This document shows positions 8,167 through 18,170 of a stretch of 64,000 nt of DNA, piece after piece (the stretch's first letter is position 1; each line of letters opens with the position of its first letter). Source of the stretch: Fibrobacterota bacterium (GTDB lineage Bacteria > Fibrobacterota > Fibrobacteria > UBA11236); NCBI GenBank assembly GCA_028287505.1, contig JAQBPN010000084.1, positions 22,147 to 86,146 of the forward strand, given 5' to 3'. Position numbers and translations under genes: made by a program. Below the pieces are notes generated by a model. It made no database searches. It was not told where the DNA came from and saw only the letters and a program-made list of their open reading frames with translations.

Positions 8167-11100
8167 ATGAGATTGTCGTCCCTGCTGTCCTTCCTTTGCG
8201 TCGTCCTGCCGTTTTCGGCGCGGGCGGCCAATTTTTCGTCGTGGCCCTTCTCCACGGTGATCAGGCTCAACACTTCGGGTTCCGGCGCCAACGTGTCCGG
8301 CAACGTCGCCAACTTTCCGGTGCTGGTCAAGCTGACCCCGTACAATTTCGATTTCGACCAGGCCAATCCGGACGGCAGCGATCTCCGCTTCAGCAAGGAC
8401 GAGAATGCCTCCGCGGCCACCGAACTGACTTTCCAGATCGAACGCTGGGATAACGCCAACAAGGTGGCCGAAGTCTGGGTGAAAGTCCCGGATGTCTTCG
8501 GGAACAACGCCACCCAGGCCATCAAAATGTATTGGGGGCACGCCACGCCGCCCTCCCCGGCCCCCACCGCGGCCGTCTTCGGTTCGGCGAACAGTTTTTC
8601 CGGCGTATGGCATCTCAATGAAGCGGCCGGATCCGTGTACAAGGATGCGACCGCCACCGGAGCCAACGGGTCCGGAAACGCGACCGCCACCTCCGGCCCC
8701 ACGGGCCAGGGCGTGGAGTTCAACAACAACCAATCGATCTTCATCCCCCGGCCGGCTTCGAACGCCCTGCATCCCACCGGCAACCTTACCATCGAGTGCT
8801 GGATGAGCGCGAATGCGCAGGGTCAATGGAAGCGCTTTGTCAGCAAGCCCTATTCCTCCGCCAACAGTCCCTGGGACGAATACGACATCCAATTCAGCGA
8901 CTATTCGAATACCTTCGCCTTCGTGCTGGGCATGGGTGCAAACCAGTCCTACGTCAACAGCACCACTCCCACCGTGATCGGCCAGTGGTATCACGTCGTA
9001 GGGACCTATGATCAAAGCACCATGCGGATCTACGTGAACGGCGTCCTGGAAGGCGCCAAACCGCAGTTGGGGCTCATTCCGGATTATAACCAGGGCCTGG
9101 TCTTCGGCAAATTCCTGCACGACAACGTCAGCAGCTACAGCGGCAAGCTCGACGAAGTCCGGATTTCCTCCTCGGCGCGCTCCGCCGACTGGATCAAGCT
9201 CTCCTATTCCAACCAGAAGCAGAACCAGGATCTCGTGGAAATCCAATATGGCGCCACGGGTCCCCAGGGCCCCGTCGGTCCCGCCGGCGCCACCGGTCCG
9301 CAAGGCCCCCAGGGCACGACCGGCATGACAGGCGCCACGGGTGCTACCGGTGCCCAAGGCCCTATCGGCTTGACGGGCGCGATTGGCGCCACGGGCGCGC
9401 AAGGTCCGATCGGTTTGACCGGCGCGGTTGGAGCGACCGGAGCCACGGGTGCAACCGGCGCTCAGGGACCCATCGGATTGACGGGAGCCATCGGAGCAAC
9501 CGGAGCCAAAGGCGACAAGGGTGATCAGGGTAACGAAGGAGCCATCGGTCCGCAGGGTCCGATGGGTTTGACTGGCGCGGTTGGTGCGAATGGAGCCACG
9601 GGCGCCATGGGCGCGACTGGCGCCAAAGGCGATCAAGGTGATGTAGGTGCGACTGGCGCTGCCGGAGCAACTGGAGCTACGGGAGCCAAGGGTGACCAGG
9701 GCGATGTGGGTGCAACCGGCGCCACGGGCCTTCAGGGCCCCATTGGCCTGACTGGGGCTCAAGGCGACAAAGGCGATCAAGGTGACGTGGGTGCTACCGG
9801 TGCAACGGGCGCACAAGGTCCAATCGGTCTGACCGGCGCCAAAGGCGATAAAGGGGACCAGGGCGATATCGGGCCTATCGGTTTGACTGGAGCCAAAGGC
9901 GACAAGGGTGATCAGGGTGACGTCGGTGCGACGGGTGCCGTGGGCGCAACCGGTGCGCAAGGTTCCATTGGGGCGACTGGCGCGGTTGGAGCGACTGGAG
10001 CCAAGGGCGACAAAGGCGATCAAGGCGATGTGGGCGCGACGGGTGCCATGGGTCCGCAGGGACCCATTGGCTTGACCGGCTCGACCGGCACGCAGGGACC
10101 GATTGGTTTGACCGGAGCGACCGGCGCACAGGGTCCCGTTGGACTGACGGGGGCGACCGGTTCCACGGGCGCAACCGGAGCCGTGGGTGCCACTGGCGCC
10201 ATCGGTCCGATTGGCCCGCAAGGCTCAACCGGATTGACCGGTGCAACCGGTCCGCAGGGTCCGGTTGGTCTGACCGGTGCAACGGGTGCGACAGGTCCGC
10301 AAGGCCTGACCGGATTGACCGGTGCAACCGGCCCCGCGGGCGCGCAAGGCCTGACGGGTCTCACGGGTGCTACCGGTCCCGCCGGAGCTACGGGTGCGAT
10401 GGGTCCCGTCGGCCCTCAAGGTCCGAATGGCTTGACGGGCGCAACCGGCGCCGTTGGCCCCCAGGGTATTGCCGGTCCGGTTGGCGCTACCGGCGCCACG
10501 GGTTCCGTAGGCCCCCAAGGTCCTATTGGTTTGACCGGTCCGACCGGTGCGAATGGAGCGACCGGCGCTGTCGGCCCCCAGGGAACCACCGGTGCGAACG
10601 GGGCGGGTCTCAATGAAAAACAGATAGCCACCTTGCGGTGGAATCAGGTTAATGAGTCCGGTGTCGCCTTCTCATCGGCCCAACCCACCGCTGCCGTATT
10701 CGACGGCGATTATCTGTGGATTTGCAGCAATGCCGGACCCAGCGTGACGAAAGTCCTCGCCAGCACCGGCGCGGTCGCGGCTACGGTCACGGTCAATGTC
10801 ACTCCGAGATCAATCGCGTTCGACGGGACCTACATCTGGGTCGCCAACCAGAACGCCAACACGGTGCAGAAGATTCTCGCCAGCACGGCCGCCGTTACGC
10901 AGACGATCTCGGGCTTCAATTCCCCCAAGGGTCTCGCCTTCGACGGCAAGAACATGTGGGTCGCGAACGGAAACGAAACGATTACCAAAGTACTCGCCAG
11001 CAACGGCACCATCGTGGGAACCTACTCCCTGGGCGGGGGAGCCATAACATCCATGTTGGCCTTCGATGGAACCTATATCTATGCTTCGACCCTCCAGGGA

Positions 11101-11478
11101 ACGATTAAAGTGGACCCGGCCACCGGCGCGGTGGTGTATGGCCCAATCTGGACCGGCGACGGACAGCGCTGGGTGACGTATGATGGAACCAACCTCTGGT
11201 TCTCGCATGCGTCCACCGCGACCGTAGTCAAGGTGAATCCGGCCAACGGCGCGGTGCTGGCAAGCTATAACGTCGGGACCCAGCCGCTCGGTGTCACCTT
11301 TGACGGCAACTCCGTCTGGGTGGCCAATCAGCAGTCCGCCAGCGTAACGAAGATCAATGCGACCACCGGAACGATCATCGGTACCTATACCGTGGGTTCC
11401 TTCCCGTACCAGCTTGTATTCGACGGCGTCAACGTGTGGGTGATGAGCCAATTCGGCAACAATATCCAGAAGATGTGA
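8167..11478 (+). CDS. Secreted DUF2341 + LamG + long collagen-like (GXY) + beta-propeller protein
   Basis: Signal peptide; DUF2341-like [29 protein letters not shown]; Lam[25 protein letters not shown]; GXY region 9250-10608; C-terminal AFDGxxxWVAN repeats. Confidence 0.88.
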   Translation: MRLSSLLSFLCVVLPFSARAANFSSWPFSTVIRLNTSGSGANVSGNVANFPVLVKLTPYNFDFDQANPDGSDLRFSKDENASAATELTFQIERWDNANKVAEVWVKVPDVFGNNATQAIKMYWGHATPPSPAPTAAVFGSANSFSGVWHLNEAAGSVYKDATATGANGSGNATATSGPTGQGVEFNNNQSIFIPRPASNALHPTGNLTIECWMSANAQGQWKRFVSKPYSSANSPWDEYDIQFSDYSNTFAFVLGMGANQSYVNSTTPTVIGQWYHVVGTYDQSTMRIYVNGVLEGAKPQLGLIPDYNQGLVFGKFLHDNVSSYSGKLDEVRISSSARSADWIKLSYSNQKQNQDLVEIQYGATGPQGPVGPAGATGPQGPQGTTGMTGATGATGAQGPIGLTGAIGATGAQGPIGLTGAVGATGATGATGAQGPIGLTGAIGATGAKGDKGDQGNEGAIGPQGPMGLTGAVGANGATGAMGATGAKGDQGDVGATGAAGATGATGAKGDQGDVGATGATGLQGPIGLTGAQGDKGDQGDVGATGATGAQGPIGLTGAKGDKGDQGDIGPIGLTGAKGDKGDQGDVGATGAVGATGAQGSIGATGAVGATGAKGDKGDQGDVGATGAMGPQGPIGLTGSTGTQGPIGLTGATGAQGPVGLTGATGSTGATGAVGATGAIGPIGPQGSTGLTGATGPQGPVGLTGATGATGPQGLTGLTGATGPAGAQGLTGLTGATGPAGATGAMGPVGPQGPNGLTGATGAVGPQGIAGPVGATGATGSVGPQGPIGLTGPTGANGATGAVGPQGTTGANGAGLNEKQIATLRWNQVNESGVAFSSAQPTAAVFDGDYLWICSNAGPSVTKVLASTGAVAATVTVNVTPRSIAFDGTYIWVANQNANTVQKILASTAAVTQTISGFNSPKGLAFDGKNMWVANGNETITKVLASNGTIVGTYSLGGGAITSMLAFDGTYIYASTLQGTIKVDPATGAVVYGPIWTGDGQRWVTYDGTNLWFSHASTATVVKVNPANGAVLASYNVGTQPLGVTFDGNSVWVANQQSASVTKINATTGTIIGTYTVGSFPYQLVFDGVNVWVMSQFGNNIQKM
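9250..10608 (+). repeat. Collagen-like Gly-X-Y coding repeat, about 151 triplets
   Basis: 1359 nt encoding [21 protein letters not shown] triplets with heavily varied synonymous codons. Confidence 0.95.
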
Positions 11479-11527
11479 CCCTCGCATTCCCGGGCCCTTC
11501 CAGGCCCTGGAAAATCGAAGTGCTTCG

Positions 11528-11550
11528 AGGCCCGCGTAAGCGGGCCTTTT
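11528..11550 (+). terminator. Rho-independent terminator after the collagen-like gene
   Basis: AGGCCCGC-GTAA-GCGGGCCT followed by TTT. Confidence 0.8.
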
Positions 11551-11788
11551 CGTTTCCGGTCCTTACTTTCCTTTGACTTTTTGGGCGGATCCGCGAATCC
11601 GAAGGGATTGACCCGGCTATCACCCCAAATGGGGTGTTCACAGATGTGAAATTAATTTCCGGCCCCATGCCGACTCCTCATGTGTTTCCCCGGTCTTCCT
11701 GTACCTTCTGATTACGCCTGAACGGGCAGTGTACCGACCCAATCGGATACGCCTGACCGGGTTCTATGAAATAACAGGGGTAACCAAT

Positions 11789-12673
11789 ATGGCACGATCA
11801 ATTCAACGGCTGGTCCGCATTCTTGCCTTGGCCGGGACCGTCTCCGCCGCCTTTTCCCAGACTCCCGATGTCTGGATGAAGCTCTTCGACGGCAAGGACC
11901 TGACCGGCTGGCAAGGCCGGACCGGCGGCTACTGGGTGGTCGACAGCGCGGGCGTGATCGTCGGCACCCATCCCACCGCGGCGGCGGCCATGAACGGAGA
12001 GAACACCTTCCTGTTCACGGACAGCATGTTCAGCGACTTCCGTCTCAAGCTGGACGGCCGGATGCCCGGCTCCGGCGGCTACCGGAACAGCGGAATCATG
12101 TACCGCAGCACCATCGTCAACAAGACCGGATATGCCGCCAGCGGTTACCAATACGAGATTTCCGACGGAGGCACGGGAGCCTTCTACCATGAACGTGGAA
12201 CCGAGCTCGGATTCACCGGCGGCTGCTCGGGCGCCGGCCTCACGGCCAATGACTTCAAGAAAATGGAGATCATCGCCGACGGTCCCCACGCCACCCATCT
12301 CATGAACGGAAAATCCTGCTTCGATTACAAAACGTTCAAAGTGGTGACCAAAGGCTACATCGGCCTGCAATTGCATGCGCCCGGGGACTTCATCGTGAAT
12401 TTCAAGAACATCTACATCCAGCCCCTGAACAATTCCTTCCAGATCCCGGCCAACAACGCGTGGGACTCCACCGGAAAGCAGATCGGCATCACTGGCATCC
12501 ATATCACGCCCAAGCTCAAGCGGGCGAACCAATACCTGGGGCTTCCCAATTCCATCCTGGGATACGATGCGCGGGGACGCGAAATCCCCGCCACTCCCGC
12601 GGATTTGAATGCGATGGGTTCGGCCTTCAGGGTCGGCCGGGGCGCTCCCGGACTTTACATCCGGGCGGATTGA
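11789..12673 (+). CDS. Secreted DUF1080 / 3-keto-disaccharide hydrolase family protein with C-terminal tail
   Basis: Signal peptide; KLFDGKDLTGW, NSGIMYRS, GYQYEI, KGYIGLQLH, FKNIYIQPL; tail GYDARGRE..PGLYI. Confidence 0.85.
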   Translation: MARSIQRLVRILALAGTVSAAFSQTPDVWMKLFDGKDLTGWQGRTGGYWVVDSAGVIVGTHPTAAAAMNGENTFLFTDSMFSDFRLKLDGRMPGSGGYRNSGIMYRSTIVNKTGYAASGYQYEISDGGTGAFYHERGTELGFTGGCSGAGLTANDFKKMEIIADGPHATHLMNGKSCFDYKTFKVVTKGYIGLQLHAPGDFIVNFKNIYIQPLNNSFQIPANNAWDSTGKQIGITGIHITPKLKRANQYLGLPNSILGYDARGREIPATPADLNAMGSAFRVGRGAPGLYIRAD

Positions 12674-12692
12674 CGCGCTCCGGCGCGTCGTT

Positions 12693-14117
12693 TCAGATTA
12701 TGCGGCGGCGGCGCACGGCCAGGACGAGCAGTCCCAGGCCAATCGCCATCAAAACGACCGACTGCGGTTCCGGCACCACCTCTTGCCGCACAAAGGAGAG
12801 GTTCATTCCCGCCAGATCCGCGTCCGTGAATCCGAAGGCGTAGAACTGGCTGGGACCGGCGACGCCGGGAATGAAGTCGTTGTCGTTGGAAACGAACAAG
12901 GTGTGGTTGACCACGCCGTCAATAGTGACATCCTGCCCGAAGGCGAGGCCTTCCAGCTTGGCCGGGATCTGGGTATCCTTCAGCCCGAAGGCCAGCAACG
13001 CGCCTTCGATGTCCAGGAACAGGGTTTTCGTCGGCGCCACCGCCAGCAATGCGGACTCGCCCTGCAGGGTGGAAACGTCCTGGGCACCCGTCAGATCCAC
13101 GGCCCAGAGCTGTTTGACCACGGCCTTGCTGCCGTCGCCCAGGCCCTTGCCGTCCCGCTCCAGCACCACGAATTGATGATCGTTCAAGGCCAGGATTTCG
13201 CTGCTGTTGAAATTCTTGCTCCCGATTTTGTTGTCATATGCGTATTCATGGGTCGCTCCGGTGGCGATGTCGATGGTGACGATGCGGTTGGCGCGTCCGC
13301 CGTCGCCGCCATCCTGGATCAAGGGGCTCTGCATGAACCCGATCAGGGTCTTGCCGTCGGGAGAGATGGCCAGGCCTTCCATGCCCTTGTTGGTCACGCG
13401 GCCCGTGGTGTTGCCGCTGATCTCGGTAGCGCCCAGTCCGCTCAGGTTGGCGATGTCGAAATGATCCGGCAGGTCGAATGTCCTGATGCGTTTGCCGGTG
13501 TCGCGATCGAATTGGTAGACGTACGGTCCGTATTCATCCGCGATGAAGACGCTTTGGCCGTCGTTGGACACGCGGACGCCTTCCGGATCCAGGCGGGCGT
13601 CGTTGGGATTGGTGGATGAACCCGGACCGAAGCCGTCCGAGCGGCCGGTGAAATAGTACGTGCCGGCCGTGTTCTCGGCGGGAGCGCCGCCGGGCAATCC
13701 CACGGTGCTGCCGTAGAAAAGGGGCGTGGGGCTGGAGAGCAGGGTAGTGCCGGTCAGGCTTGTGGTCAGGGTGAAGGGCAGGGAACCGGACGGGGTGGCG
13801 TCCAAGGTCAATTGCAGGGAGTTGAAACGGGCGATGAAGGACTGGGTATTGTCGATGACGGCGCCTCCCGCATACGGGGTCGCATTGGGGCCGCGATCGG
13901 GAATGGCGATGAAATTGTTGCCGCCGGCCCAGGCGAGGCCGGAGCCGATGCCGCCCAGCGTATTGGCCGCCGCGCCGCTTTCCAGGGCGCCGGTCAGGCC
14001 CGACTTGTCGGTCGTGCCGTCCAAGGTTCCCGTCGCGATCAGAACCGGAGTGGCTTGGGCCGCGCCGGCGAGAAGTAAAAGGGTGGAAATGGAAGGGAAT
14101 GCGCGCTTTATATTCAT
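12693..14117 (-). CDS. Esterase-like activity of phytase family protein with PEP-CTERM sorting signal
   Basis: DRGPN, LDPEGVR, ADEYGP, NKGMEGLAISPDG, KLEGLAFG, NDNDF; C-terminal VPEPQS-TM-RRRR. Start ATG 14117. Confidence 0.9.
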   Translation of the reverse strand: MNIKRAFPSISTLLLLAGAAQATPVLIATGTLDGTTDKSGLTGALESGAAANTLGGIGSGLAWAGGNNFIAIPDRGPNATPYAGGAVIDNTQSFIARFNSLQLTLDATPSGSLPFTLTTSLTGTTLLSSPTPLFYGSTVGLPGGAPAENTAGTYYFTGRSDGFGPGSSTNPNDARLDPEGVRVSNDGQSVFIADEYGPYVYQFDRDTGKRIRTFDLPDHFDIANLSGLGATEISGNTTGRVTNKGMEGLAISPDGKTLIGFMQSPLIQDGGDGGRANRIVTIDIATGATHEYAYDNKIGSKNFNSSEILALNDHQFVVLERDGKGLGDGSKAVVKQLWAVDLTGAQDVSTLQGESALLAVAPTKTLFLDIEGALLAFGLKDTQIPAKLEGLAFGQDVTIDGVVNHTLFVSNDNDFIPGVAGPSQFYAFGFTDADLAGMNLSFVRQEVVPEPQSVVLMAIGLGLLVLAVRRRRII

Positions 14118-14383
14118 GGAAGTACTCTCCTGGATGGAATGGGATGTTGGTGAACGGGACTCGTGGCAATGGGTAGCCAAGGTAGGCGCGTCATGTTTCG
14201 GCCTTGAGAAAATCGGATTTCAATCGGGAATTATGCGAAGCTTCCCTTGTCTTTCCCCCGCCGGCTACGCACAAATTGCCGGGATTTTTTACACTGCGTC
14301 ATGAAAAAGGCTTGAATTCTCCTTGCCATACTTGACGTTTTCTTGATACCATCGTCCTCGAGATCTCAAACGATGCAGGGAGA

Positions 14384-15592
14384 ATGATGCTAAGAAGAAC
14401 TATCGGTATCGCGTTTGCCGGATTGATGGGAGCATTTTCCGTTGGGCAGGCTTTCACCATCGACGGCAAGGCCCCGACCGTGAAATTCAACAACAGCAAT
14501 CTCAATCCATTGCTCTTCACTCCGGACATGCAAGCGCAGTTCGAATCCAAAATGAACACCGAGGTCGGAGTGGCTTTCGACAAAACCATCGTCGATGCCC
14601 GGACGAAGCTGGCCGGCTTCAAGGATCAGAAGCAATTGGCCCAAGGCATGGCCAACGCCAATGTCTATTCCACCAATTCGGCCACCCTGCAGGGATTCCA
14701 GAACTATAGTCTCTTCGCGGTTTCAAGCGGCTTCATGCTCGGCCTCCAGGCCCCGAGCCTCAGCGTCAGCCCCGGGTCCATCGGCAAAGACATCGCCAAA
14801 GAGGGGGATCTCTACGCGGGCGTGGGAGTGGGTTTCACCTACCTGAACATCGGGATCAACTGCAGCAAGTTCCTGCTGCCGGGCCTCTACCTGAACGCGA
14901 AATACGGCGGCCTAAGCCAGGACGTCGGGGACTTCTCCATGGACTTCAAAGTGATGGGCGTGGGCGTGAACTACAAGATCCTGGAGCCCAAGAGCTTCGT
15001 CGGCCTGGTGAAGTGGCGCGGCATTTCCGTGGGTTCCGGATTCTATATGCAGATGGACAAGCTCAACATGAAAATCGTCCCCGACTCGCTCACCACCCCG
15101 GCGCATTTCCGCGAGGCGGTCCTTTCCGGAGCCACCACGGCCCAGGACTCGGCGGACAAGAAAACCCTGCTGGATCAGATGGGCTATACCGCTTCCAATC
15201 CGGATGCCAACGTGACCCTGACCCCGGAATTCAACATGGGCCTGGATATCTCCACCTACACCGTTCCCCTGGAAGTGAATACCGCCGTGGCTCTGCTCTG
15301 GGGCATCATCAACGTGAACGCGGGCTTGGGGATGGACATGAATTTCGGCTCGGCCAAGATCGTGCTGGAAGGCGAATCCCTGGCCAAGATCTCCTCGGAC
15401 ACGACCAAGGTCACCTTCTCGCCCGCCAAGGTGAAGGTGGACGGCAGCACCGACAACGGCCCGTCCTTCGCGCGCATGCGCGCCATGACCGGCGTCGGCT
15501 TGGGCCTGGGCCCGGTCAAGCTCGATATTCCCCTGATCTACTACTTCAACAGCGGTCTGGCCTTCGGCGTCACCGCCGCGGTCGTCTGGTAG
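14384..15592 (+). CDS. Conserved hypothetical outer-membrane protein (resembles spirochaete Lsa36-like family)
   Basis: Signal peptide, N-terminal helical segment LAQGMANAN, amphipathic beta-strands, terminal aromatic (..VVW). Family resemblance is from memory only. Confidence 0.55.
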   Translation: MMLRRTIGIAFAGLMGAFSVGQAFTIDGKAPTVKFNNSNLNPLLFTPDMQAQFESKMNTEVGVAFDKTIVDARTKLAGFKDQKQLAQGMANANVYSTNSATLQGFQNYSLFAVSSGFMLGLQAPSLSVSPGSIGKDIAKEGDLYAGVGVGFTYLNIGINCSKFLLPGLYLNAKYGGLSQDVGDFSMDFKVMGVGVNYKILEPKSFVGLVKWRGISVGSGFYMQMDKLNMKIVPDSLTTPAHFREAVLSGATTAQDSADKKTLLDQMGYTASNPDANVTLTPEFNMGLDISTYTVPLEVNTAVALLWGIINVNAGLGMDMNFGSAKIVLEGESLAKISSDTTKVTFSPAKVKVDGSTDNGPSFARMRAMTGVGLGLGPVKLDIPLIYYFNSGLAFGVTAAVVW

Positions 15593-15605
15593 CCTGATTC
15601 CGGAA

Positions 15606-15627
15606 GGAGCCGGGCGCACCCGGCTCC
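15606..15627. terminator. Hairpin between convergent genes
   Basis: GGAGCCGGG-CGCA-CCCGGCTCC, a perfect 9-bp stem; no U-tract. Confidence 0.45.
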
Positions 15628-15739
15628 GGCCATCCCACTCTCTTCACTCCCTCCACTCCCGAATCCACCGCCGAGACAATCGTCAAGGAGGCGTCCTGCA
15701 GCCAGGCGCAACAGGCCATGGCGCGGGTCAGGGTCGCGC

Positions 15740-16969
15740 TCAAGGCACGCGTTTGAAGATCAGGGAGGTATTGATGCCGCCGAAGGCGAAGTTGTTGGTC
15801 ATCACGTGTTCGGTGGACAGGCGGCGCGGGCCTTCCATCACGTAATCCAGATCCGCGCAACGCGGGTCCACGTTCACGAGGTTCAAGGTGGGGGACACCC
15901 AATCGTTCCGCATCATCTCGATGGTCATCCAGGCTTCCAGCGCGCCGCAGGCCCCCAGGGTGTGTCCGAAGTAGCTCTTCAGGGAGCTGATCGGCACTTT
16001 GCGGCCGAAGACTTCGCGCGTGGCCGCGGTCTCGGCGATATCGCCGTGTTCGGTGGCGGTGCCGTGGGCGTTCACGTAGCCGATGGCTTCCCCGCTCAGG
16101 GAGGCGTCCCGCAGGGCGAGTTTCATGGCCACGCTCATGGTCTCGGAAGAAGGCTGGGTCACGTGGCTGCCGTCGCAATTGGTGCCGAAGCCGATCACCT
16201 CCGCATGGATGCGCGCGCCCCGGGCCAGGGCATGCTCGCGCTCTTCCAGGATCAGGGTGCCGGCGCCTTCGCCCACCACCAGGCCGTCGCGATCGCGGTC
16301 GAAAGGCCGGGGGGATTTGGTGGGGCTGTCGTTTTTCACCGAGGTGGCGAACAGGGTGTCGAACACGGCCGCCTCCGTGGGCGTCAGCTCCTCCGCGCCG
16401 CCCGCGATCATGACCGTCTGCCGGCCGCTCTGGATGGCCTCATAGGCCAGGCCGATGGATTGGCTGCCGCTGGTGCAGGCCGTGGAGGTGGTGTACACGC
16501 GGCCCTGCAATCCGAAATAGACGGCGATGTTGACGGAGGTGGTGTGCGGCATCATGCGGATATAGGTGGTGGCGGTGATGGCGTCCGTGGTCTTGTTGAG
16601 GAGCATGCGCGCGAAGTCGCCGATGGCCTCGGGGGATCCGGTGGAGGATCCGTAGGCCACGCCGGTCATGCCGCTCTTGAGGATGGGATGGCCGGTGAGA
16701 CCGGCGTCGCGCAGAGCCATGTCGGAAGCCCGCACCGCCATGCGCGCGACGGGACCCATGGAACGCAGGACCTTGCGCGGATAGAGATCGGCGGGAAGAT
16801 CGTACGGTTGCGCCGGGGCCGCCAGCAGGGTGTTGAGCCCCTGGTATTGGGTCCAATCCTCCATGCGCACCACCGCGCTGAGGCCTTTCCGGAGCCGATC
16901 CCCGGCCGCGGCCCAATCATTACCGATCGGCGAGATGCCCGCCATGCCGGTCACCACCACGCGTTTCAA
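15740..16969 (-). CDS. fabF: Beta-ketoacyl-ACP synthase (FabF-like, ApeR)
   Basis: KRVVVTG, STACTSG (catalytic Cys), NAHGTAT, KSYFGHTLGA, NNFAFGGIN. TTG start at 16969 overlaps the fabG stop. Confidence 0.9.
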   Translation of the reverse strand: MKRVVVTGMAGISPIGNDWAAAGDRLRKGLSAVVRMEDWTQYQGLNTLLAAPAQPYDLPADLYPRKVLRSMGPVARMAVRASDMALRDAGLTGHPILKSGMTGVAYGSSTGSPEAIGDFARMLLNKTTDAITATTYIRMMPHTTSVNIAVYFGLQGRVYTTSTACTSGSQSIGLAYEAIQSGRQTVMIAGGAEELTPTEAAVFDTLFATSVKNDSPTKSPRPFDRDRDGLVVGEGAGTLILEEREHALARGARIHAEVIGFGTNCDGSHVTQPSSETMSVAMKLALRDASLSGEAIGYVNAHGTATEHGDIAETAATREVFGRKVPISSLKSYFGHTLGACGALEAWMTIEMMRNDWVSPTLNLVNVDPRCADLDYVMEGPRRLSTEHVMTNNFAFGGINTSLIFKRVP

Positions 16970-17700
16970 GAACTCAATCCTCCGTCCACGGCGAACACCT
17001 GGCGGGTAATATACGAAGCTTCTTCGGACATCAGGAACGCCACCAGACCGGCCACCTCTTCGGGCTTGCCGGCGCGTTGCAGGGGGATGAGTTCCATGAG
17101 CTTTTCCAATACTTCCTCGCGGACCATCTCCGTGCCTATCAGCCCGGGCGCCACGCAATTGACCGTGATCTTGCGCTTGGCCAATTCCAGCGCCAGCGAC
17201 TTGGTGGCGGCGATGACGCCGGCCTTGGCCGCCGCGTAGTTGGCCTGGCCCCGGTTTCCCATCAGTCCCGACACCGACGCGATGGTGACGATCCGCCCCG
17301 GCAGCCGCCTCTGGATCATGGGCATGACCAGCGGGCGCAGGACATTGTAGAAGCTGTCCAGGTCCGTGCGGATGACGGTATCCCACTCCTCCCCGCTCAT
17401 GCCGGGGAAAGGCGCGTCCGCGGTGATGCCGGCGTTGCACACCACTCCGTAGTACGCCTCGTGGGATTCCAGATCGGCTTCCAGCACGGCCAAGGCTTCG
17501 GCCCGGTCCGCGATGTCGAAATGGATGGCCCGGGCCGATCCGCCCGCGGCCTGGATTGCGTCCACGGTTTCGCCCGTGGATCCGCCCGCTTTGCGCCCGT
17601 GCACCACCAAAGCATATCCGTCCCGGGCCAGGCGGATGGCCACGGCGCGGCCGATGCCCCGGCTGCTCCCGGTCACAAGGATGGACTTGGCCCCGTTCAT
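16966..17700 (-). CDS. fabG: 3-oxoacyl-ACP reductase (ApeQ)
   Basis: TGSSRGIG, NAG, GNRGQANYAAAK (YxxxK), NCVAPGLI. Confidence 0.93.
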   Translation of the reverse strand: MNGAKSILVTGSSRGIGRAVAIRLARDGYALVVHGRKAGGSTGETVDAIQAAGGSARAIHFDIADRAEALAVLEADLESHEAYYGVVCNAGITADAPFPGMSGEEWDTVIRTDLDSFYNVLRPLVMPMIQRRLPGRIVTIASVSGLMGNRGQANYAAAKAGVIAATKSLALELAKRKITVNCVAPGLIGTEMVREEVLEKLMELIPLQRAGKPEEVAGLVAFLMSEEASYITRQVFAVDGGLSS

Positions 17701-18170
17701 GTGGATCTTTCCTCGAGGAATTTCCGGATATCCGGCACGTCGATCACGGTGATTTGCGCTTGGGCCAGGATGCGGCCGCCCGGATCCCGTATCCGGCAGT
17801 GCATGCTGCTGACTCCGTTTTCCTGAAAGATATCTATGCGGGCCAGCACTTCCAATTCCTGGCCGTCCTTGAATACCGGCTCCTCCGCGGTGAATTCGCG
17901 CGTGCCCAGGAGCATGCCCACCTTGACTTCGCCGCCGGAGGCCAGGCCCTGGGCTCCGGAATAGGCGGCCACGGTCTGGGCCATGTATTCCAGGCCCACC
18001 CAGGCGGGCACGCCGTCCCCCGCGAAGAACGGGCTGGCGGGCGTGATGCGCACCTTGGCCTTGAAGCTGTCGCCTTCCATGCCGCAGGCTTCGTCGATGA
18101 GGATCATGGGCGCGCGGTGGGGCAGCAGTTGGGCGATGGGACGGCGGCAGATTTCGATCAAGTCGTTCAT
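17697..18170 (-). CDS. apeP: Hotdog-fold 3-hydroxyacyl-ACP dehydratase (ApeP)
   Basis: LLPHRAPMILID, VPAWVGLEYMAQ, GMLLGTR. Start ATG 18170. Confidence 0.88.
   Translation of the reverse strand: MNDLIEICRRPIAQLLPHRAPMILIDEACGMEGDSFKAKVRITPASPFFAGDGVPAWVGLEYMAQTVAAYSGAQGLASGGEVKVGMLLGTREFTAEEPVFKDGQELEVLARIDIFQENGVSSMHCRIRDPGGRILAQAQITVIDVPDIRKFLEERST

Noticed and set aside
8146-10221. 691-aa minus-strand ORF and other repetitive ORFs over the collagen gene
   Set aside because: Antisense or alternate-frame shadows of the GXY repeat; the plus-strand frame has a signal peptide and recognisable domains.
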